From positions 201,676-265,675 of the forward strand of contig CAVZCM010000001.1 in assembly GCA_963773715.1 (NCBI GenBank): a stretch of 64,000 bases of DNA, written 5' to 3'. Numbering within the stretch: the first letter of the stretch is position 1; the number at the start of each line of letters is the position of its first letter. Source of the stretch: an uncultured Pseudomonadota bacterium (GTDB taxonomy: Bacteria; Pseudomonadota; Alphaproteobacteria; Rhizobiales; Xanthobacteraceae). Below, one piece after another: positions 27,993 to 36,734 of the stretch. The notes beneath the pieces are model-generated. The model saw only the letters and a list, made by a program, of their open reading frames with translations. It was not told the origin of the DNA and made no database searches. A program made the translations under genes and the position numbers.

Positions 27993-28270
27993 TGGCGAAG
28001 AAACCACTCAAACTGCCGAAGGGACCGCCGGCCAGGCCGCTCGCGAACCCGTTTAACCCGCGCTATGTGTCGCCGAAGGAGAAAGCGCAATCTCGCGCGG
28101 AGCGACTCCGCTTCCTCTACTGGTTCGCGGTGGCGGTGCCGGTCGTACTCCTGGTGATGCTGTTCGGCTATACCGACCAGGCACCGGCCGGCTTGCGCAC
28201 GGCAACGGAACAGTTCGATGCCTTTTTCGGGTATCCGGTGCTGCGGCTGATCGCGCTGATCACGACGTGA
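27992..28270 (+). CDS. Hypothetical small membrane protein
   Basis: Basic/Pro-rich N-terminus and two hydrophobic segments; coupled to the lrgB stop (TGATG). Confidence 0.55.
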   Translation: MAKKPLKLPKGPPARPLANPFNPRYVSPKEKAQSRAERLRFLYWFAVAVPVVLLVMLFGYTDQAPAGLRTATEQFDAFFGYPVLRLIALITT

Positions 28271-28289
28271 GACACCCGGTTCCATGGAA

Positions 28290-28314
28290 GGAACCAAATG
28301 CCGCCGTGCCGCTT
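28290..28314 (+). promoter_or_regulatory. Candidate EcfG/RpoE2 (general stress response sigma) promoter
   Basis: GGAAC (28290-28294), N18, TT (28313-28314), 30 bp upstream of the ATG at 28345. Confidence 0.55.
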
Positions 28315-28344
28315 AACCTCCCGACAAGACGAGGAGACAGACAA

Positions 28345-28545
28345 ATGGCCGAAGGCAACAACAGCGGCGGAACCGGCGTGCTCGGCGTATTGGTCGGCGC
28401 GCTGATTGTGATTCTGGTGGGCGGTGGCATTCTCTTCGCAACCGGAATAATCGGAGGTGGCGGCGGTGGCGGCGGCAACAAGACCACCATGAAGATCGAA
28501 GTGCCGAAGATCGACGCGCCGAAGCCCCCTTCGAACGCGAAGTAA
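28345..28545 (+). CDS. 66-aa single-TM Gly-rich protein
   Basis: Strong RBS GAGGAGA; MAEGNNSGGTGVLGVLVGALIVILVGGGILF...GGGGGGGG...KIEVPKIDAPK. Confidence 0.7.
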   Translation: MAEGNNSGGTGVLGVLVGALIVILVGGGILFATGIIGGGGGGGGNKTTMKIEVPKIDAPKPPSNAK

Positions 28546-28584
28546 CGGCTTGCCGAGAACCGTTACGGCATGGAGATCGCCGGG

Positions 28585-29841
28585 TCACCGCCCGGCGATC
28601 CCCATTGCCTGTTCGAAAGCGCGGCGAACCTCCACCGGCTGGCCATAGTGATGGCGAAACCCGGCGAGCCGTTCCCTGAGCAATGGCTGGTTGTCGTAGT
28701 CGGCAAGCGGCACGCCCTCGACGTTATACTTGCGCATGACGTCGGGCAGATCGACGTACCTGGCCGCAGCCGGGTCGCGAATGATGCCGGACGGATCCTC
28801 GCCCCTGGCCACCCTGTCCATGTCGTCGAAGAAACGTTTGCGCATCTCGACGATGCCGATGTCGCTTGATCGCAGGTTCTCCCTGGTGCGGTCGGCGATG
28901 CGGCCCTGACCGACCCAGCCGATGATGTCCTGGTTGATGACGTGGCTGTCGATCCAGCGCCCTTGCCCGTCGACGATCGGGCTCTGCCATACCGGCACGC
29001 TCTCCTGCACGAAAGGCTCGCGGCCCTTGGGCACGCGCATGAAGAACCAGCTGATGCTCAGTGTGTTCTCATCATCCACCGGCACGCGCCATTCGAAATG
29101 CATGCCGAGATAGAAGGCGTTCGGCCACAGCGCCACGCGGCCGACGGTCCAGTTCGGATCGCTCTCGTCGCCGCCCTCGCGGATGCGGCGGTACACGAAG
29201 CCGTGATCGAACTCGTCGAACCTGAGCTTGAGATGGCGCGCGGCCTGTTTGTCCTGGCCGCGCAAGTGCGCGCCCCAGTTCTCGTGCATCCATTCGAAAT
29301 GCACCGGATCGATTGAGTTCTCCTGGCACTGGAACCAGTTGCAGGGGATGTCGGCGGTGACGATCTCGCGGAAGCCATTTTCATAAGTGAAGGGCGCCCA
29401 CACCGGCAATTCCGGCGCCGGCTGCGGGCCCATGTAGGCCCACAGCAGGCCGGCCAACTCGCGCACCGGATAGCCCGCGATGGCGCAGCCCTCGCGCGAT
29501 TTCGGATTGGGATTGGCGATGTCCTCGTAGGGCTGCTCGACGCACGCGCCGGTCTGATCGAACTTCCAGCCGTGATAGCTGCAGCGGATGCCGGTCTCCT
29601 CCACCATGCCATAGGCGAGATCGGCGCCGCGGTGCGAGCACTGCCGCCCGACCAGACCAAAACCGCCGAGCCGGTCGCGGTAGAGCACAAGATCCTCGCC
29701 CATGAGGCGCACCGGCTTGATCGGATTGGCGTCGAGTTCGCGCGCGCCGGCAATCGGCATCCAGTAGCGCCTGAGCAACGCGCCCATGGGCGTGCCGGGC
29801 CCGACGCGGGTCAGCATCTCGTTGCGGGCTGCGCTGAGCAT
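28585..29841 (-). CDS. Rieske non-heme iron oxygenase alpha subunit (phthalate 4,5-dioxygenase/vanillate demethylase-like)
   Basis: Rieske ligands CSHRG...CSYHGW; mononuclear Fe motif ENSIDPVHFEWMH. Confidence 0.88.
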   Translation of the reverse strand: MLSAARNEMLTRVGPGTPMGALLRRYWMPIAGARELDANPIKPVRLMGEDLVLYRDRLGGFGLVGRQCSHRGADLAYGMVEETGIRCSYHGWKFDQTGACVEQPYEDIANPNPKSREGCAIAGYPVRELAGLLWAYMGPQPAPELPVWAPFTYENGFREIVTADIPCNWFQCQENSIDPVHFEWMHENWGAHLRGQDKQAARHLKLRFDEFDHGFVYRRIREGGDESDPNWTVGRVALWPNAFYLGMHFEWRVPVDDENTLSISWFFMRVPKGREPFVQESVPVWQSPIVDGQGRWIDSHVINQDIIGWVGQGRIADRTRENLRSSDIGIVEMRKRFFDDMDRVARGEDPSGIIRDPAAARYVDLPDVMRKYNVEGVPLADYDNQPLLRERLAGFRHHYGQPVEVRRAFEQAMGIAGR

Positions 29842-30010
29842 GGCGTTTCCTCGTGTTGTTGGCGTCTTTTGGCGCGCATCCTAGAATTCTGACGGGCCGA
29901 GGCAACCCGACCGGGCGGTCCGGCGCCGCAAGGCAGCCGTGCACACCGGAGGTGGCGAAAACCGCCCGGGATCGCTATGTGGGGGGCTGACCCCGCCGAA
30001 AGACTGCTTG

Positions 30011-30481
30011 ATGGACACGCCGAAGTACAAACCCGATCCGCTTGAATTCAGGGCCGCCCCGACGGCGCCCAGCCTGCACAACGAGTCCTTCGATCTCATC
30101 ACGAAAGGCTTTCGCGGGTACTGCCCGGCCTGCGGCGAGGGCCGCATGTTCCGCGCCTGGCTGAAAGTGGCGGACGAGTGCCCGCGTTGCGGCGAGGAAC
30201 TGCACCATCACCGCGCCGACGACTTCCCGGCCTATCTCGTGATCGTCATCGTCGGCCACATTCTGGTGCCGATCGTGCTCGCGGTGGAAACCGCTTTCGC
30301 GCCGCCGATGCTGCTGTCGATCCCGCTGTGGCTGACCACGGCCGCAGCGATGTGCATGGGCCTGCTTCAGCCGATGAAGGGTGCGGTGGTCGCGCTGCAA
30401 TGGCATCTCGGCATGCACGGGTTTGAAGAATCGCGCAACCTGGGCGAGCTCGAGCCGACGGTGACGCTGCCGGCCGGCTGA
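30011..30481 (+). CDS. DUF983 family protein
   Basis: CPACGEG...CPRCGE, ADDFPAY, LLQPMKGAVVALQW. Confidence 0.85.
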   Translation: MDTPKYKPDPLEFRAAPTAPSLHNESFDLITKGFRGYCPACGEGRMFRAWLKVADECPRCGEELHHHRADDFPAYLVIVIVGHILVPIVLAVETAFAPPMLLSIPLWLTTAAAMCMGLLQPMKGAVVALQWHLGMHGFEESRNLGELEPTVTLPAG

Positions 30482-30558
30482 CCTCCAAACCGCTTGACCG
30501 CAAAGACGTACGCCGCCCGCATGCGGGCGGCGCAAACATATGCGCGCTGACGCGCGCC

Positions 30559-31323
30559 CTAACCGGCTTTCGCCACGCCTTCACGCAGGTGCGGAAAGCG
30601 CTCGCTCAGCAACGAGCCGTGATAGTAGGTCGGCCTGAACGACGGGTGGGCGCGGATGTTGTCGAACCAGGTGACGACGCGCGGCAGGTCCTGCCAGTCG
30701 GCCATGCCGAGATCGTCCATGCGCACCAGCGCCGGCATCACCGACACGTCGGCGAGCGATATGTCCTTGCCGAGCAGCCAGGGGCCGCCGCTCCGTTCGA
30801 TCTCCCTGTCCATGCGCTCGTATGAGCGGCGCAGGCGAGCGAGCGCCGCGTCCATCTCGGCCTGCGGGAAACCGGTCTGGCCCATGCTCATCATGAATTC
30901 CTTGCGCAGCGGTTTCGACTCCGCCATGGCGATGAAGTCCTCGCGGCTCATGGCCTGGAATTTCGGCAGGAAGGCCAGATTGAAGGTGGGCACGCGCACG
31001 GCCGCCGCCGGCATCTCGTCGATGAAGTGCAACAAGGTGCGCATGTGGGCGCGCCTGACCGGGTCTTCCGGCGTGAAGCTCGCGTCCGGCGCGACCTCGT
31101 CGAGATATTCGATGATGACGTTGGAATCGATTACGATCTGTCCGTCGTGATCGAGCGTCGGCACAACACCGTTGGGGTTGAGCTTGAGATAGTCGGGCTT
31201 GAGTTGATCGCCCTCGAGCAGATTGAGTTTCACCTCGTCGAAAGGCAGCTTTTTGGTGTTGAACACGAAGCGCACCCGCTGGCTGCAGGTCGATTGCGGC
31301 GCGTTGTAGAGCTTGAAGGCCAT
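30559..31323 (-). CDS. Glutathione S-transferase family protein
   Basis: MAFKLYNAPQSTCSQRVR, LNPNGVVPTL, DSNVIIEYLD, WLLGKDISLAD. Confidence 0.88.
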   Translation of the reverse strand: MAFKLYNAPQSTCSQRVRFVFNTKKLPFDEVKLNLLEGDQLKPDYLKLNPNGVVPTLDHDGQIVIDSNVIIEYLDEVAPDASFTPEDPVRRAHMRTLLHFIDEMPAAAVRVPTFNLAFLPKFQAMSREDFIAMAESKPLRKEFMMSMGQTGFPQAEMDAALARLRRSYERMDREIERSGGPWLLGKDISLADVSVMPALVRMDDLGMADWQDLPRVVTWFDNIRAHPSFRPTYYHGSLLSERFPHLREGVAKAG

Positions 31324-31392
31324 GGTGTTTTTCTCCCTCGGCATCCAGTTTGTCATTATCGGACGCGGCTTCGCAACCGCCCAGGCGTCGTC

Positions 31393-31980
31393 TCACGCAT
31401 CCTTGACCAGCGCCTTGCGCAGCCTTGCAAGCTGTTCCTGATATTCTTCGGCGTCGCCAAAATCGCCGAACAGGACATAGCGATCATGCGTACCGATCAC
31501 ACGGCGGGCGTGCTTGATCGGGCACCAGTACTGCTCGGTGCGCGCCGCGATCTCGCGGGTGTAGCCGATGAGCCCGTTGGCATATGCGCAATAGGCACAG
31601 TTGAGCTTCTCCAGCGCGTTGAGATAGGCGAGATGGTGACGGTCGAAGACCAGATAGTCGGCGCGCTTGACCCTGGCGATGCCGTAGATGGGAAAGCACA
31701 CGGCCTGATAGACAGTGACAAACAGGTCGAGCACCAGAAACGGAATGATGCCGGCGTAAATCACCGGTGCAGTCAGGATCACCAGCGGATTGGCGCCGAA
31801 CACGTATGGCAACAGTTTACGGCGCAATTCACGGTGGCGCCGGAGCAACTCTTCCTCGAACCTGATGCGGCCGTGCTCGAGGCCAACACGCAGTTCCGCA
31901 CGGCGCCTGGCCAGTTCGGCATCCAGTTCTCCCTGAAGAAAGTGGATCTTCTCCGTCAGGTCGGCGATCCGGGGATTCAT
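31393..31980 (-). CDS. Conserved hypothetical membrane protein with Cys/His motifs
   Basis: Coiled-coil-like N-terminus, one hydrophobic stretch, DRHHL, NCAYC, WCPIKH. Confidence 0.7.
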   Translation of the reverse strand: MNPRIADLTEKIHFLQGELDAELARRRAELRVGLEHGRIRFEEELLRRHRELRRKLLPYVFGANPLVILTAPVIYAGIIPFLVLDLFVTVYQAVCFPIYGIARVKRADYLVFDRHHLAYLNALEKLNCAYCAYANGLIGYTREIAARTEQYWCPIKHARRVIGTHDRYVLFGDFGDAEEYQEQLARLRKALVKDA

Positions 31981-32094
31981 GAACGGGCTCCATTGCAGCG
32001 CGGCGCGTGGACATCGCGCGCCTCTGGCCGATCGGCGATTTTACGCCCTATTTACTTGAGGCGGCAGTGCACCGGCGTTTCACTGCACATTGTG

Positions 32095-32182
32095 TACAGT
32101 CGCCGTTTCCTCCCTGGCGCTGAACGGCGACCATTCTCCAAATGTGCACGTCAAAAGGGCCGCACAAGCGGCCCTTTTTTTT
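32095..32182 (+). ncRNA. Candidate trans-acting sRNA with anti-SD loop (MmgR/alpha-r8-like core UUUCCUCCCU)
   Basis: 9-bp stem GTCGCCGTT/AACGGCGAC presenting TTTCCTCCCT (32106-32115), then terminator GGGCCGC-acaa-GCGGCCC + T8 on the + strand, where no + strand gene ends. The 5' end is approximate. Confidence 0.55.
32153..32182. terminator. Bidirectional Rho-independent terminator
   Basis: AAAAGGGCCGC-acaa-GCGGCCCTTTTTTTT. Confidence 0.85.
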
Positions 32183-32216
32183 GAGGTAATGTGGGTTTGC
32201 AGCCAGTGCCGCAGAG

Positions 32217-33170
32217 TTACTCCAGCCCGGTGGGCACGTTCTTGTTTTCCGACGTCAGTTTCATGCCGGCAGCGAGCGCCATGGTCTCCATGAGCGCGGC
32301 GAAGTCCTTCTGCAGATAGGCTTCCGGGTCCTTCTGCAAGGTGGCGGCGCCGAAGTGGCCCTGCAGCACCTCGCGGGTCGCCGCCGTCACCGGCATCGGC
32401 ACGTCCATCTCGCGGCCGAGCTCGAGTCCGAGATCAAGGTCCTTGCGCAGCAATTCCGGCGTAAAGGTCGTGGTCCAGTCGAGATTGACCAGCGCCGGCG
32501 ACTTGTAGCGCGTGAACATCGAACCCATCACGCCGTTGTTGAGGAAGGCGAGAAAGGCCTCGCGCGGCACGCCCATCTTGTTCACCAGCAGCGTGATCTC
32601 GATCAGGTTCTCGATGACGACGCCGAGCATGACATTGTGGGCGATCTTGCACACACGCGCGAGCTCGCCCTCGCCGACGTAGGATACCCCCTGCGGCGCA
32701 ACCACTTCCATCAGCGGCATCACCGCCTTGGCGGCGGTCTCGTCGCCCGAGAGCACCGACGACAGCCGGCCCGCCTTGATCACCTTGGCATTACCGGATA
32801 CCGGCGCGGCGATGTAGTCGGCGCCCTTCTCCTTCAGGCGCTTGCGGATGTCGGCGGATTCCTCGACCGAAATGGTCGAACAGTCGACCACCACCTTCGG
32901 CAGCTTGCCGCCCGACGCGACGCCGTCCTTGCCGAACAGCACCTGATCGAGGTCCTTGCCGGTGGAGACGATGGAAAACACCACGTCGCAGGCGGCGAGT
33001 TCGGAGAGCTTGTCGACCACCTTGCCGCCGACCTTGGTCAGCGGCTCGGCCTTGGCGCGGGTCCGGTTCCACACCGACACGTCATGGCCGGCCTTGAGCA
33101 GGCGCTCCGCCATCGGCAATCCCATGCGCCCGGCGCCGATCCAGCCGATCTTCTGCGTATTCTTCGACAT
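32217..33170 (-). CDS. NAD(P)-dependent oxidoreductase, 3-hydroxyisobutyrate dehydrogenase/tartronate semialdehyde reductase family
   Basis: IGWIGAGRMGLPMA, VVDCSTIS, APVSGN, catalytic Lys in VCKIAHN, LRKDLDL. Confidence 0.88.
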   Translation of the reverse strand: MSKNTQKIGWIGAGRMGLPMAERLLKAGHDVSVWNRTRAKAEPLTKVGGKVVDKLSELAACDVVFSIVSTGKDLDQVLFGKDGVASGGKLPKVVVDCSTISVEESADIRKRLKEKGADYIAAPVSGNAKVIKAGRLSSVLSGDETAAKAVMPLMEVVAPQGVSYVGEGELARVCKIAHNVMLGVVIENLIEITLLVNKMGVPREAFLAFLNNGVMGSMFTRYKSPALVNLDWTTTFTPELLRKDLDLGLELGREMDVPMPVTAATREVLQGHFGAATLQKDPEAYLQKDFAALMETMALAAGMKLTSENKNVPTGLE

Positions 33171-33402
33171 CACGAAACTCCGTTTGAAACCAGACTGCGG
33201 TTCAAAAGTCTGCGGGGGCTTTAGCGGTTCTGGGCGCGTTTCGCCAGCGGCAATGCCCGCCTCACCGATGCCACAGAAGCCCCCTCCCTTGTGGCCGACG
33301 CTCGATGAGCCGTATCCTCACACACCGCGCCCGCTGAAGCGCACGCCGGCCCCCGCAAGAGGCCGCCGAAAAAAGACATTGGGAAGGACGCCGGTCGGCA
33401 CG

Positions 33403-34230
33403 ATGCAGGATGCCGTGAGCATTGCGGTTGCCCCCGGGCCGCCGGGCCGTCTCGGCGAACGCCTGCGAACAATTGCTCGCAACGCCTTCCCCTTCGTCGT
33501 GGTCGGCGCGATCTGGGAAGCGGTGGCGCGCTCCGGGACGATGCCGCCGAAGCTGTTTCCGACGCTCGAGCAGATCGCCGCTTCATTCATGGAGCTCACC
33601 ATTGCCGGCATCCTGCCGCACCATGCGTTGGATACCATCCTGCGCCTGCTGGCCGGTTTCGGACTGGCTGCGGTTGCGGGATTGACCATCGGCGTGCTGA
33701 TGGGCCGCTCCCGGCGCGCCGAGGACATCTGTCTGCCGCTTGTCAGCATCCTCGCGCCGATCCCCGGCCTCGCCTATACGCCGCTGTTCCTGCTGTGGTT
33801 CGGACCGGGCCAGCTCTCCGCCGTGCTGCTGGTCGGTTTCGTTTCCATGTTCCCGGTGATCTACAACAGCTGGACCGGCGTGAAGGCGGTGAAGGAAATC
33901 TGGGTGCGCTCGGCGATGGCCATGGGCGCCGATCAGCACCGCATGTTCCGTTACGTCATCCTCCCCGGCGCGTTGCCGTACATACTGACAGGCTTCAGAC
34001 TGGGACTGGCGCAGGCCTGGCGGATCCTGGTGGCGGTGGAAATGCTCGCCGCCGTGCCCTGGGGGCTTGGCTGGCTGATCTTCGGTGCGCGCGAGTTCCT
34101 CAACACTGACGCCATGATGGCCGGGGTAATCGTGATCGCGGTGATCGGCCTCGCGCTTGAGAAATTCGTGTTCCAGAAACTCGAAAACTACACCGTGGTG
34201 CGCTGGGGCATGGTGGAGGCGATGGAATGA
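33403..34230 (+). CDS. ABC permease (TauC/SsuC type) 1
   Basis: PIPGLAYTPLFLLWFG, VILPGALPYILTGFRLG. Start uncertain (33403 or GTG 33415). Confidence 0.85.
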   Translation: MQDAVSIAVAPGPPGRLGERLRTIARNAFPFVVVGAIWEAVARSGTMPPKLFPTLEQIAASFMELTIAGILPHHALDTILRLLAGFGLAAVAGLTIGVLMGRSRRAEDICLPLVSILAPIPGLAYTPLFLLWFGPGQLSAVLLVGFVSMFPVIYNSWTGVKAVKEIWVRSAMAMGADQHRMFRYVILPGALPYILTGFRLGLAQAWRILVAVEMLAAVPWGLGWLIFGAREFLNTDAMMAGVIVIAVIGLALEKFVFQKLENYTVVRWGMVEAME

Positions 34231-35021
34231 CCCTCGACCAGGCCCAGCACCGCCGTTCGATGATCCGCGGCGCGCTCTCCGTCATCGGCGCAATGGCGCT
34301 GTACGAAGCCATCGCCTACAGCGGCTATTTCCCGCAAGTGCTGCTGCCGACCGTCCAGACGGTGGGCGAAACATTGTGGACCATGCTCGCCGATGGCCGC
34401 ATGTTCGAGCACGCCGGCGCAACGCTCTATCGGGTGATGGTCGGCTTCCTGATGGCGCTGGCGCTCGGCATTCCGCTGGGCATCGCCATGGCGCGCTTCA
34501 AGCCGGTGGAAAATTTCTTCCTGCCGCTGGTCTCGGCGCTGATGCCCATACCCTCGTTCTCGCTGGTGCCTCTGTTCATGCTGTGGTTCGGCATCGGCAA
34601 CACCACCACCATCCTGATCGTGTTCTACGCCGCAACCTTTCCGGTGCTGTTCAATACCTGGTCCGGTGTTCGTTCGGTCAATCCGCTGTGGCTGCGCGCG
34701 GCCGGCGCCATGGGCGCCGACGAAAGGAAACTGTTCTGGAAGGTGATTATTCCCGGTGCATTCCCCTTCATCATCACCGGCATGCGGCAGGCCTTCCTGC
34801 GCTCCTGGATTGCGGTCGTGGGTGCGGAGATGATCGCCGCCTCCGACTGGGGCCTCGGCTGGGTGATCTTCGACGCCAAGGAATTCCTGCAGGCCGACAT
34901 CATGCTGGCCTCGATCGTGGTGATCGGGATCATCGGCTTCGCATTTGAGCGGCTGGTGTTCGGCTCGATCGAAAAAGCCACCGTGCAGAAATGGGGCATG
35001 GTCCGGATGGCGAAGGGATAG
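34227..35021 (+). CDS. ABC permease (TauC/SsuC type) 2
   Basis: PIPSFSLVPLFMLWFGIG, VIIPGAFPFIITGMR. Confidence 0.88.
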   Translation: MTLDQAQHRRSMIRGALSVIGAMALYEAIAYSGYFPQVLLPTVQTVGETLWTMLADGRMFEHAGATLYRVMVGFLMALALGIPLGIAMARFKPVENFFLPLVSALMPIPSFSLVPLFMLWFGIGNTTTILIVFYAATFPVLFNTWSGVRSVNPLWLRAAGAMGADERKLFWKVIIPGAFPFIITGMRQAFLRSWIAVVGAEMIAASDWGLGWVIFDAKEFLQADIMLASIVVIGIIGFAFERLVFGSIEKATVQKWGMVRMAKG

Positions 35022-35028
35022 CTGCGCC

Positions 35029-35838
35029 ATGAGTGAGACGGCATCTCCCATATTGTGCGACGTCGACGAGCGCGGGGTCGCGTACGTCACCCTGAGCCGG
35101 CCGGAGGTGCACAACGCCTATGACGGCGTGCTGATCGCGGAACTGCTGGAGACCTACGATGCGCTCGCCGGCCAGGATCTGCGCGCGGTAGTCATCAAGG
35201 GCGCGGGCCGCCATTTCCAGGCCGGCGCCGACATCAAATGGCTGAACGCGGTGCGGCAGTCCTCGCCGCAGGAGAACCTCGACGCCTCGCGCATGACGGC
35301 GGAAGCGGTACAGCGGCTCAACCTGCTGCCGACCCCGACCATCGCACTGGTGCACGGCGCCTGTTTCGGCGGCGGCACCGGCCTGATCTCCGCCTGCGAC
35401 ATCGTGATCGCCGCCCATGACGCCAGCTTCTCGATTGCCGAGGTGAAGATCGGCGTGGCCGGCACCATCATCATCCCGCAACTTGTCGACGCCATCGGGC
35501 TGCGTCAGGTGAGGCGCTACGCGCTCACCGGCGAACGTTTTGACGCCGAAGAAGCGCTGCGCATCGGGCTGGTACACGAGGTCGTGGCGCCCGGCGAACT
35601 CGAAGCCGCGGGTGAACGTATCGTCCGCCATCTGCTGGCGAACGGACCGGAGGCCGTCTCCGCAACCAAGATGTGCGCAATGCAATCGGCCTGGAGCCAT
35701 CTCGACGAGGCGGCGTTCAGCGCCCTGGTCGAAGCACATGCCAACAAGCGTCAATCGGAAGAAGCGAGAGAGGGCTTCGCCGCGTTCATTGAAAAGCGGG
35801 CGGCACGCTGGGTGCCCGCGCCCGGGGACAAGACCTGA
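35029..35838 (+). CDS. Enoyl-CoA hydratase/isomerase (methylglutaconyl-CoA hydratase-like)
   Basis: LSRPEVHNA, FQAGADI, GACFGGGTGL, AEVKIG, LTGERFDAEEALRIGLV. Confidence 0.85.
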   Translation: MSETASPILCDVDERGVAYVTLSRPEVHNAYDGVLIAELLETYDALAGQDLRAVVIKGAGRHFQAGADIKWLNAVRQSSPQENLDASRMTAEAVQRLNLLPTPTIALVHGACFGGGTGLISACDIVIAAHDASFSIAEVKIGVAGTIIIPQLVDAIGLRQVRRYALTGERFDAEEALRIGLVHEVVAPGELEAAGERIVRHLLANGPEAVSATKMCAMQSAWSHLDEAAFSALVEAHANKRQSEEAREGFAAFIEKRAARWVPAPGDKT

Positions 35839-35853
35839 AAGAGGCAAAGAAAA

Positions 35854-36657
35854 ATGCCGCATATCGAAATTGCCGACGTCTCGCTTGCCTACGACACTCC
35901 GGCCGGACGCGTCGAAGGCGTGAAAGACGCCTGCTTCTCGATCGAGCAATCGGAATTTCTTTGCCTGGTCGGCCCCTCCGGCTGCGGCAAGTCCACACTC
36001 CTCAACATCATCGCCGGGTTTCTGACGCCGACCGAAGGCCAGATCAGAATCGGCGGCCAGCCGGTCACCGGTTACGGCCAGGACCGCGGCGTGGTTTTCC
36101 AGGACTTCGCGCAGCTCTTTCCCTGGCGCACCGCTCTCGGTAACGTCACCTTCGGACTGGAGATGAAAGGCGTGCCGAAAGAAGAGCGCGAGGCGATCGC
36201 ACACGAACAACTGCGCCTGGTAAAACTTGAAAAATTCGCGAACGCATTTCCACATCACTTGTCGGGCGGCATGCAGCAGCGCGTGGCCATCGCGCGAGCG
36301 CTTGCCTACAACCCGGCGGTGCTGCTGATGGACGAGCCGTTCGCGGCGCTCGATGCGCTGACCCGCGACGAGATGCAGCGGCTGCTCGCCGATGTCTGGC
36401 GGGAGACCCGCAAGACCGTGATCTACGTGACGCATAACGTGGCAGAGGCGGTGTATCTCGCCGACCGCGTCGTGGTGATGTCGCCACATCCGGGCACGGT
36501 TAAAACCGAGGTCAGGATACCGCTGCCGCGCCCGCGCGATCCGCTGAGCGCGGAGTTCCTCGAATGGCAGAAAGTCCTGCTGGGTCATCTCGGCCAGGAT
36601 ACGGGCGCGGCCGGGACGTCCCCGGCAAAAGGTAACGGGCAGACGATGCGCGCATGA
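35854..36657 (+). CDS. ABC ATP-binding protein
   Basis: GPSGCGKST, LSGGMQQR, LLMDEPFAALD. Confidence 0.92.
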   Translation: MPHIEIADVSLAYDTPAGRVEGVKDACFSIEQSEFLCLVGPSGCGKSTLLNIIAGFLTPTEGQIRIGGQPVTGYGQDRGVVFQDFAQLFPWRTALGNVTFGLEMKGVPKEEREAIAHEQLRLVKLEKFANAFPHHLSGGMQQRVAIARALAYNPAVLLMDEPFAALDALTRDEMQRLLADVWRETRKTVIYVTHNVAEAVYLADRVVVMSPHPGTVKTEVRIPLPRPRDPLSAEFLEWQKVLLGHLGQDTGAAGTSPAKGNGQTMRA

Positions 36658-36734
36658 CTCTGAAGGGTACTTCCTCGCGCCAGAGGGAACCCGACTTTGA
36701 AACGGTCATGGGCGTCCAACAAGGGAGGATAACG

